38,979 nucleotides of DNA from Escherichia phage LM33_P1, in the sequence record NC_031937.1. The stretch is one strand, 5' to 3'. Position numbers and translations under genes: made by a program. The notes beneath the pieces were generated by a model. The model saw nothing but the letters and a program-made list of their open reading frames with translations. It was not told the DNA's origin and ran no database searches. Of the stretch, positions 1-6,697 are shown piece after piece. How positions within the stretch are numbered: position 1 is the first letter of the stretch; each line of letters begins with the position of its first letter.

Positions 1-202
1 TTCAAGAACCTCAAGTCTCCCCATAGGCCCTCTTTCAGTCCAGACCAAAGGCCCTACCCGTTACTGCTCCTTGCAGTCACAGCCAGTCTATCATAAGGTT
101 GGACAGATGGTCAAGACTTAAGGTCAACGATAGGCTGAGGCTATGGCTTAGGGAAGGACGATAGGTTGGGACTATTGGTCTTCTTTGAGTCTCTATCTGT
201 AT

Positions 203-325
203 AACCATAAGTCACAACCATAGGTCACAGCCTACCTCTCACAACCATAAGTCATAACCTACAGTCTCACTAACCTACAGTCTCAACCATAAGACACCAA
301 CACCTACAGTCATAGACCTACAGTT
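203..325. repeat. Left-end array of short direct repeats (ACCATAAG x3-4 and CCTACAGT x4)
   Basis: Motifs recur at 10-40 nt spacing, read directly; position analogous to the short repeat arrays next to the terminal repeat in T7. Confidence 0.6.
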
Positions 326-435
326 AATAGACACAAGGCTATAGACTTAAGGTCTAAGACATGTTAGTCAAAGACTATATCCTCTTACACCATGGGGCCG
401 ACGATAGCTTAATCAATATTATTTCAAATTACCTA

Positions 436-470
436 TTGACTATAGGTCCAGACTATGGCCTAATAGCTTC
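436..470 (+). promoter_or_regulatory. Candidate host sigma70 early promoter (TTGACT -35, weak -10 CCTAAT/TAATAG, AT-rich upstream)
   Basis: TTGACT hexamer with 17-19 nt spacer to a -10-like hexamer; resembles T7 A1 layout. Confidence 0.35.
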
Positions 471-575
471 CGTCAACACGACACGGCAACAACCGGATAG
501 TGAAGACGCCGGTCCGGTCCGGTTAAGTAGTCAGCCTGTAAGACATACGAACAACAGGCAACCGACAGAAAGTAG

Positions 576-613
576 TTGACAGGCAGTAACGACTTAAAGT
601 AATATGTACCACA
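576..613 (+). promoter_or_regulatory. Host sigma70 early promoter (TTGACA - 18 nt - TAATAT), T7 A3-like
   Basis: Near-consensus -35 and -10 hexamers; downstream GTACCACAT..GAAAC resembles T7 A3 initiation region. Confidence 0.6.
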
Positions 614-727
614 TCGAAACAACGGTGATGACCAACACTGAATGGTCTACCTGAAGTCCTCTGACTGAAGGGAATGCTCTTTAACAATCTGGATAAACTC
701 TTAATGTGCGCCGATAGCGACTAACTA

Positions 728-775
728 CAGGGCCTTTGAGTCTACATCTGAAGGCCCTGACTGATAGTCACTAAC
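728..775 (+). promoter_or_regulatory. RNase III-type processing hairpin (CAGGGCCTT/AAGGCCCTG) plus conserved box ACTGATAGTCACTAAC
   Basis: 9-bp perfect inverted repeat followed by box that recurs at 1045-1092 and 1775-1820. Confidence 0.5.
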
Positions 776-782
776 TTAAAGG

Positions 783-1037
783 ATGGACACTATGAAACAC
801 TTAAGCACAATCACTAATCGCAATGAAGTATTCGTGAACACTAAAGGTTATGCGTGGATTCAGCTTAAAGAGATGACAGGAGCGCGTCACCGTGTGGTAG
901 TGCGCAAGGTATCAAGCAAGCAGTTCAGCAACTACAGCGTCGATACTGTGCGTATAGACAACGAGACATACCTGATAGACTCGCAGATAACCGTGAGTCC
1001 TACAGTGGGCGTCTCAGCTCCTTATTTCGCTAACTGA
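783..1037 (+). CDS. Hypothetical early protein (84 aa)
   Basis: ORF in early region, ATG preceded by AAAGGA, flanked by processing-site boxes; no recognised homolog. Confidence 0.55.
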   Translation: MDTMKHLSTITNRNEVFVNTKGYAWIQLKEMTGARHRVVVRKVSSKQFSNYSVDTVRIDNETYLIDSQITVSPTVGVSAPYFAN

Positions 1038-1044
1038 GAGTGAT

Positions 1045-1092
1045 TAACTACAGGTCGTTAGACTGATAGCGGCCTGACTGATAGTCACTAAC
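1045..1092 (+). promoter_or_regulatory. RNase III-type processing hairpin (CAGGTC/GGCCTG with G-U) plus box GACTGATAGTCACTAAC
   Basis: Second copy of conserved early intergenic box. Confidence 0.5.
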
Positions 1093-1120
1093 ACATAATT
1101 AACTTTGAGAGGATATAACT

Positions 1121-1624
1121 ATGGAACGTAATGCTAACGCATACTATGAGCTGCTGGCTGCAACCGTTGAGGCATTTATCGAGCGTATTCAGTACGACCA
1201 CCTGACTCAAGATGACGACTACAGCGCTGCGCTGCATGAGGTCGTAGACGGTCAGGTTCCACACTATTACCACGAGATTTTTACGGTGATGGCTGCTGAT
1301 GGTATAGACAACGAGTTCGAAGACTCTGGGATGATACCTGAAACCAAGGACGTAACGCGTATCCTACAAGCTCGCATCTATGAGGCACTTTATAACGACG
1401 TGTCTAATAGCTTGGATGTAGTCTGGTTTGAGGATGAAGAGGCAGACGAAGAGGATGAATATTGGGTAGTTGACGCTAAAACAGGCGCAATAATTGTGCA
1501 AGCTGTAGCTCTTGAGGTCGCTACTGCATGTGCCAAGGTCAACTATGTGATAGGTCGCCACCTTCAGGTGGAAGACATCAATGATAACGTAGTGTTTGAC
1601 CCTGCTGCTGAGGACTGCGAGTGA
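1121..1624 (+). CDS. ocr: Ocr-like anti-restriction DNA-mimic protein (T7 gene 0.3 homolog) with C-terminal extension
   Basis: Clear similarity to T7 Ocr (VPHYY..IF.VMA..GID.EFEDSG..P.TKDV.RILQARIYE); strongly acidic; RBS GAGAGG; 167 aa versus 117 aa in T7. Confidence 0.88.
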   Translation: MERNANAYYELLAATVEAFIERIQYDHLTQDDDYSAALHEVVDGQVPHYYHEIFTVMAADGIDNEFEDSGMIPETKDVTRILQARIYEALYNDVSNSLDVVWFEDEEADEEDEYWVVDAKTGAIIVQAVALEVATACAKVNYVIGRHLQVEDINDNVVFDPAAEDCE

Positions 1625-1774
1625 TGGTAACTTATGGCCTCTGCCAGCACCACGTCACTAACGCCCGGCTTATGGTCAAGACCGGGCAGTTAGACCACGA
1701 TTGGGCTATGCGTCTCTTGAAAGTGGTCTACAGGAGACGCAAGCGTATACACGACAGTTTACACGCTAAGTGAC

Positions 1775-1820
1775 AGACTACAGGTCATCAATGCTGGTGG
1801 CCTGACTGATAGTCATTAAC
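1775..1820 (+). promoter_or_regulatory. RNase III-type processing hairpin plus box GGCCTGACTGATAGTCATTAAC
   Basis: Third copy of conserved early intergenic box. Confidence 0.5.
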
Positions 1821-1836
1821 AACTGAGAGGGAAGAT

Positions 1837-2064
1837 ATGAACACAATCACTGGTGCCATAACCAAAGGTTTTCGAGCAATTTTCGGTGAAACGCAAGAAG
1901 TATGCACCAATCATAAATTCGTACTTTCTTGCGTAGCAGGTGACGAGTTTGACGGGTTCGATAAACTGGTGGTTTGCGACCATTGCGGACAAGAGGCTAT
2001 CCAACACTCAAACGGTAAATTTGAATTAATAGACGATAGCCTTACAGAAGGAGACGGCGAGTAA
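1837..2064 (+). CDS. Hypothetical early protein (75 aa) with Cys/His cluster (C..H...C...CDHC)
   Basis: ORF with RBS GAGAGGGAAG; possible small zinc-binding protein. Confidence 0.55.
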   Translation: MNTITGAITKGFRAIFGETQEVCTNHKFVLSCVAGDEFDGFDKLVVCDHCGQEAIQHSNGKFELIDDSLTEGDGE

Positions 2065-2137
2065 CCTAAATAAACAGGAGAGAACCAAATCATAGCTTGA
2101 CCATAACACTGACGTGATGGTACTGAGTGATAGACGA

Positions 2138-2166
2138 GAGGTCATCGACTGATAGGTGGCCTCAAA
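2138..2166 (+). promoter_or_regulatory. RNase III-type hairpin (GAGGTCA/TGGCCTC) with GACTGATAG loop
   Basis: Inverted repeat with G-U wobble, shares loop motif with the other early boxes. Confidence 0.4.
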
Positions 2167-2196
2167 GATTACCACTTACATTGATAGGAGTTAACT

Positions 2197-2301
2197 ATGA
2201 GCACTGCAATCATCTGGACTATCTCAGGCTTCGTAGCGTGGGGAATGTTTACTCTAGTCTGCAAACTACCGGTCCTTACTCAACTGTTATGGGGCTTATG
2301 A
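2197..2301 (+). CDS. Small hydrophobic early peptide (34 aa)
   Basis: ATG preceded by GATAGGAG; hydrophobic sequence MSTAIIWTISGFVAWGMFTLVCKLPVLTQLLWGL; below the ORF-track size cutoff. Confidence 0.35.
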   Translation: MSTAIIWTISGFVAWGMFTLVCKLPVLTQLLWGL

Positions 2302-2501
2302 CTATGAGTATCGCACTATTGATAGCCATAGGCTATGGACTTATCGCCTACGTGCTGGTGAGAGACATCAACAAAGCGCGTAAAGTCTACAAATTCAAAT
2401 ATGTACGTCTGGGTAGCTGGACTGTACGTCAACCTAACGGACGATTCATGCGTAACTTAGCGAACGTCTGGGATATAGCAACACTTGGGAGCAAACTGTA
2501 A
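2289..2501 (+). CDS. Small membrane protein (about 70 aa, one predicted TM helix)
   Basis: Internal ATG of track ORF 2127..2501; the upstream part of that ORF overlaps a hairpin site so the 2127 start is unlikely. Confidence 0.4.
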   Translation: MGLMTMSIALLIAIGYGLIAYVLVRDINKARKVYKFKYVRLGSWTVRQPNGRFMRNLANVWDIATLGSKL

Positions 2502-2827
2502 TGAACAAGTCATACGGGATTAATCTGGTACACTCTATGGACGCAGACATGCAAATGTTAAGCCTACTGGCTACCGGGTATCGTCACGGAACGTCAAGTC
2601 ACTCCGCACGTCAACAGCAGGAGCGGGACCGGGTACTGCAAGCAAGACTCCGGGCTGAGGGCCATAAGTCCGAACTAATGTGTCTGGTGTATGGTGGACG
2701 ACCAATCACTGACGATGGTAAACTTTTAGTCTCAGGCTGGAAGGCGATAGACCAACGGTCAACCATCAAGCACACGACTCATGGTGACTTCAGTCATCTC
2801 CACGCTAACCCGCTGATATGCAAGTAA
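2501..2827 (+). CDS. Hypothetical early protein (108 aa) at the position T7 gives to the 0.7 kinase
   Basis: ORF with ATG overlapping upstream stop (TAATG); no kinase motifs recognised. Confidence 0.55.
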   Translation: MNKSYGINLVHSMDADMQMLSLLATGYRHGTSSHSARQQQERDRVLQARLRAEGHKSELMCLVYGGRPITDDGKLLVSGWKAIDQRSTIKHTTHGDFSHLHANPLICK

Positions 2828-2832
2828 TTCTG

Positions 2833-2855
2833 ACTTAACTATCACTATAGGACTC
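2833..2855 (+). promoter_or_regulatory. Phage RNAP promoter variant (TTAACTATCACTATAGGAC) directly upstream of gene 1
   Basis: Matches the 11-member promoter family in this genome. Confidence 0.6.
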
Positions 2856-2924
2856 AAGGTCTAAGACTCCAAGTGAAAGACCAAAGAGACTTTAAGTGAA
2901 AGACTAATAACAAGGACTTTAAGT

Positions 2925-4892
2925 ATGAGCGTCATCTCTATTGACAAGCACGACTTCTCTGATGTGTCGAACGCCATTGAGCCGTTTAACCTACTGGCTG
3001 ACCACTACGGGCAAGACATTGCAGTCAAACAGCTTCAGCTTGAGCACGAGGCATACACTGAAGGCGAGCGACGTTTCATCAAGAACCTTGAGAGACAGAC
3101 TGAGCGAGGGGAACTGGCAGACAATCAGGTCGCCAAGCCTTTGATGCAGACTCTGGTCCCTAAGATTGCGCAAGCCGTCAAGGAGTGGCATGAAGGTCCA
3201 GACGGGAAGCTGTCAACCTCTCGTCCGAGCGTAGCGTTCACCATGTTGAGCACTGAAGAGAAGGCCGTAAAGGTCCGCTCTTTGCGCATCTCCTGCGAGT
3301 CTGCTGCGGTTATCATATTGAAGGTCATACTCTCCAAGCTGGTCAAGCCTGAAGGGATACCGATTACACCGATGGCCTCAGCGATAGGTCGCACACTTGA
3401 GGACGAAATCCGCTTCGGTCGCATCCGTGACAAGGAGAAAGAGCACTTCAAGAAGGCGATAGCTGATAACCTGAATAAGCGGGCCGGGGCGTCCTACAAG
3501 AAAGCCTACATGCAAGCGGTCGAGGCATCCATGCTGGAGCAAGGCCAACTGGAAGATGCGTGGGGGACTTGGAGTCCGACCGAGGCTGTCCACGTTGGAA
3601 TCAAGATGCTGGAGATTGTCATCCAGTCCACACAACTGGTCGAGCTTAAGCGTTACGGTGCTGGCAATGCAGCGGCTGACGTTGAGATGGTCCACCTGTC
3701 AGACTTCTGGGTCAAGAAGATGGCACAACGAGGATTCAGCCTTGCGGGTATAGCTCCAGTCTACCAGCCTTGCGTCGTTCCACCTAAGCCGTGGACTGGT
3801 GTCGTAGGCGGTGGGTACTGGGCCAAAGGACGCAGACCATTACCACTGATTCGCTTAGGGTCTAAGTCTGCGGTAGCACGCTACGAAGACGTGTATATGC
3901 CTGAAGTCTATGACGCTGTGAACATCATTCAGAATACACCTTGGAAAGTGAACAAGAAGGTTCTGGAAGTGGTGAACATGGTCGAGAAGCTGAACAACAC
4001 GCCTATTGATGACATCCCTCAGATGGAACCGCTGAAGCCTGAGGACTATGCGGGTGAGACTGAAGAAGAACTCAAGGCATGGAAGAAGGCTGCTGCTGGT
4101 ATCTATCGCCGCGAGAAGGCCAGACAGTCACGAAGATTGTCACTGAGCTTTATCGTCAACCAAGCGAACAAGTTCTCTCAGTTCAAGGCCATCTGGTTCC
4201 CGTATAACATGGACTGGCGCGGTCGCGTCTACGCTGTGCCGATGTTCAACCCTCAGGGTAACGACATGCAAAAGGGTCTTCTGACTCTGGCAGTCGGTAA
4301 GCCTATTGGTGCTGATGGTTTCAAATGGCTGAAGGTCCACGGTGCAAACTGCGCGGGTGTCGATAAAGTCACCTTCGAGGAGCGTATCAAGTGGGTGGAA
4401 GATAACCACGACAACATCATGGCTGCTGCCAAGGCACCGATGGATAGCATTGAGTGGTGGGGCAAGTTAGACTCTCCGTTCTGCTTCCTAGCGTTCTGCT
4501 TCGAGTATGCTGGCGTAATGCACCACGGCTTGTCTTACTCCTGCTCGCTGCCGATAGCGTTCGATGGGTCCTGCTCTGGGATTCAGCACTTCAGCGCTAT
4601 GCTTCGCGACCACATCGGTGGACATGCAGTAAACCTGACGCCATCCGGTAAGGTCCAAGACATCTACCGCATCGTGTCTGACCGCATTGAGGAGGAGCTT
4701 AAAGTCCTACTGGTTAACGGTACGGACAACGAGATGGTAACTCACGAGGACAAGAAAACTGGTGAGATTACCGAGCGTCTCAAGCTGGGGACACGAGAGC
4801 TTGCCCGTCAGTGGCTGACCTACGGTATGTCACGAAAGGTCACTAAGCGTTCGGTCATGACTCTGGCCTACGGGTCGAAAGAGTACGGCTGA
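2925..4892 (+). CDS. 1: T7-like single-subunit DNA-directed RNA polymerase, N-terminal 655 codons, ends at in-frame TGA
   Basis: Collinear similarity to T7 RNAP; ORF terminates ...MTLAYGSKEYG* where T7 continues ...GSKEFGFRQQ. Confidence 0.9.
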   Translation: MSVISIDKHDFSDVSNAIEPFNLLADHYGQDIAVKQLQLEHEAYTEGERRFIKNLERQTERGELADNQVAKPLMQTLVPKIAQAVKEWHEGPDGKLSTSRPSVAFTMLSTEEKAVKVRSLRISCESAAVIILKVILSKLVKPEGIPITPMASAIGRTLEDEIRFGRIRDKEKEHFKKAIADNLNKRAGASYKKAYMQAVEASMLEQGQLEDAWGTWSPTEAVHVGIKMLEIVIQSTQLVELKRYGAGNAAADVEMVHLSDFWVKKMAQRGFSLAGIAPVYQPCVVPPKPWTGVVGGGYWAKGRRPLPLIRLGSKSAVARYEDVYMPEVYDAVNIIQNTPWKVNKKVLEVVNMVEKLNNTPIDDIPQMEPLKPEDYAGETEEELKAWKKAAAGIYRREKARQSRRLSLSFIVNQANKFSQFKAIWFPYNMDWRGRVYAVPMFNPQGNDMQKGLLTLAVGKPIGADGFKWLKVHGANCAGVDKVTFEERIKWVEDNHDNIMAAAKAPMDSIEWWGKLDSPFCFLAFCFEYAGVMHHGLSYSCSLPIAFDGSCSGIQHFSAMLRDHIGGHAVNLTPSGKVQDIYRIVSDRIEEELKVLLVNGTDNEMVTHEDKKTGEITERLKLGTRELARQWLTYGMSRKVTKRSVMTLAYGSKEYG

Positions 4893-4926
4893 GGACATCG
4901 TGATGCCAGGGACATCGTGATGCCAG
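4893..4926 (+). repeat. Perfect 17-nt tandem direct repeat (GGACATCGTGATGCCAG x2) inside the RNAP gene
   Basis: Read directly; lies immediately 3' of the in-frame TGA (4890-4892). Confidence 0.9.
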
Positions 4927-5606
4927 CGATTGACTCAGGGTCTGGCGCTATGTTCACTGAACCAAGCCAAGCATCTCGCTTCATGGCTAAGATGATTTGG
5001 GAAGCTGTGAGTGTGACCGTAGTTGCTGCGGTTGACGCGATGAAATGGCTTCAGGGTGCTGCCAAGCTGCTTGCTGCTGAAGTGAAGGACAAGAAGACTG
5101 GAGAAATCCTGAAGCCTTGTCTTCCGGTACACTGGGTCACACCTGATGGTTTCCCTGTCTGGCAGGAATACCGCAAGAAGGACACCACTCGTCTGAACCT
5201 GATGTTCTTAGGGTCATTCAACCTTCAGCCTACCGTCAACAAAGGCACGAAGAAAGAGCTGGACAAGCACAAGCAGGAGTCAGGCATTAGCCCGAACTTC
5301 GTCCACTCACAAGATGGTAGCCACCTCCGCAAGACTGTAGTCCACACGCACCGCAAATATGGCGTGATGTCATTCGCAGTGATTCACGATAGCTTCGGGA
5401 CCATCCCGGCTGACGCTGAGTATCTGTTCCGTGGAGTCCGTGAGACGATGGTCGAGACCTACCGCGACAACGATGTGCTGCTTGACTTCTACGAGCAGTT
5501 TGAATACCAGCTTCACGAGAGCCAGAGAGACAAGTTGCCTGAGCTTCCGAAGAAAGGTAAACTGAATATCGAAGACATCTTGTCTTCAGACTTTGCATTC
5601 GCTTAA
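4917..5606 (+). CDS. 1: T7-like RNA polymerase, C-terminal 229 codons (same frame as N-terminal part)
   Basis: Similarity to T7 RNAP C-terminus through ...HDSFGTIPADA... to terminal FAFA; same frame as 2925..4892, separated by TGA plus 8 codons. Confidence 0.88.
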   Translation: MMPAIDSGSGAMFTEPSQASRFMAKMIWEAVSVTVVAAVDAMKWLQGAAKLLAAEVKDKKTGEILKPCLPVHWVTPDGFPVWQEYRKKDTTRLNLMFLGSFNLQPTVNKGTKKELDKHKQESGISPNFVHSQDGSHLRKTVVHTHRKYGVMSFAVIHDSFGTIPADAEYLFRGVRETMVETYRDNDVLLDFYEQFEYQLHESQRDKLPELPKKGKLNIEDILSSDFAFA

Positions 5607-5621
5607 CAACAGGAGAAGTAT

Positions 5622-5852
5622 ATGTCAATGAAACTTGTAGCACACAACAGGGTATTCAACGATGGGTCGGGACGTTGCCATGTAGAGCTGACTTATAAGG
5701 ATTTAATCATTCTCCGAGACAGATTACAGTCGGGTGTGACTGGGTGGATTCAACCTAACGAGTACAACCTTATAGCTTCGATTGATGAAGTTCTTAACGC
5801 GTGGATGGAAGACGAGCGCATTCAGTATCCGTCATTCCCTCTAATTAGATAA
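5622..5852 (+). CDS. Hypothetical protein (76 aa)
   Basis: ORF with RBS AGGAG immediately after gene 1; no T7 counterpart recognised. Confidence 0.55.
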   Translation: MSMKLVAHNRVFNDGSGRCHVELTYKDLIILRDRLQSGVTGWIQPNEYNLIASIDEVLNAWMEDERIQYPSFPLIR

Positions 5853-5862
5853 GGAGAGAGTT

Positions 5863-6078
5863 ATGAAATTTGCACACAAGCATACTGGCGTTAATGGTGG
5901 GACTCAAATCGTGACCGTAACAGAACACAACGGCAAGGGTCTGGTGAAGACCACGGTCATCCCTACCGAGATGTCCAAGCAGCTTAACATCCCGTTCAAG
6001 ACTCTTGTATATCTGGTCGAGTCCAGCCACGAGAAGTACCTGAAGGACGCAGTGTCCAAGCTGGAGCAGGCCAAATGA
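5863..6078 (+). CDS. Hypothetical protein (71 aa)
   Basis: ORF with strong RBS TAAGGAGAG. Confidence 0.6.
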   Translation: MKFAHKHTGVNGGTQIVTVTEHNGKGLVKTTVIPTEMSKQLNIPFKTLVYLVESSHEKYLKDAVSKLEQAK

Positions 6079-6153
6079 CAGACATACAGTTACTGGCCTT
6101 GTGGCTGGGAGCACTCGCAGTATTCACTTTAATCCAACGCAGAAGAGGTTAAC

Positions 6154-6176
6154 CCTAAACTATCACTATAGGATTA
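6154..6176 (+). promoter_or_regulatory. Phage RNAP promoter (CTAAACTATCACTATAGGATT)
   Basis: Consensus match; position equivalent to T7 phi1.1. Confidence 0.7.
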
Positions 6177-6215
6177 GACTCAAGGTCATGACTCAAAGTC
6201 GTGGCCTTCATGATT
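6177..6215 (+). promoter_or_regulatory. RNase III-type processing hairpin (AAGGTCA/TGGCCTT, G-U containing)
   Basis: Conserved box AGACTCAAGGTCAT...GTGGCCTTCATGATTA, also at 13110 and 35902. Confidence 0.5.
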
Positions 6216-6249
6216 AACCCTAAATAAACACTACTGGAGATTTAACCGT

Positions 6250-6429
6250 ATGTATCAGAACACTATCAACTTCGAGCGCATCCGTGAACGTCAGCAGACT
6301 GAAGGTTACATCCCTAAGGGCCGCAAGCTGAACAAGACTAAACGTGGAGGAGGTATCAAAGGTGCTTTCCGTAACGCTGAAGGTAAAGACTCTATGGTTA
6401 ACCAAGAGAAATACTTCGTAGGAGCATAA
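6250..6429 (+). CDS. 1.1: Gene 1.1-like small basic protein (59 aa)
   Basis: Similarity to T7 gp1.1 (..GRKLNKTKR..); position upstream of 1.2; below the ORF-track cutoff. Confidence 0.6.
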   Translation: MYQNTINFERIRERQQTEGYIPKGRKLNKTKRGGGIKGAFRNAEGKDSMVNQEKYFVGA

Positions 6430-6433
6430 CCAA

Positions 6434-6697
6434 ATGGGCAGACTTTATAGTGGCAACCTCAACGATTTCAAAGCAGCGTGTCACAGGCTTTATCAGTTAG
6501 ACTTCGCTGTCATATCTCAGGAGTTTCAAGACTATACGTCACGCCAAGAGTGTATGAAACTCAGGGTGGAGGACCGAGCTGGTAACATCTTCGCGCTTGA
6601 GACCTTCGCACACTACGATGAAGACGTGCTGTATAATACCGCAACCGACTACCTCAACGGTCTCGCTGACCATCTCGACACATGGAGCAAAGAATAA
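6434..6697 (+). CDS. 1.2: Gene 1.2 protein (host dGTPase inhibitor homolog)
   Basis: Strong similarity to T7 gp1.2 (MGRLYSGNL..FKAA....DEDVL). Confidence 0.85.
   Translation: MGRLYSGNLNDFKAACHRLYQLDFAVISQEFQDYTSRQECMKLRVEDRAGNIFALETFAHYDEDVLYNTATDYLNGLADHLDTWSKE

Noticed and set aside
361-579. 72-aa ORF at the left end
   Set aside because: Lies across the host-promoter region upstream of the first early genes, has no RBS and overlaps promoter-like hexamers; most likely non-coding leader DNA.
2127-2288. Upstream extension (GTG start) of the track ORF 2127..2501
   Set aside because: The 5' part overlaps a conserved hairpin site and a separate 34-codon ORF with its own RBS; an internal ATG at 2289 is more plausible.
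3125-3695. Minus-strand ORFs within the RNA polymerase gene
   Set aside because: Overlap conserved RNAP coding sequence; no independent support.
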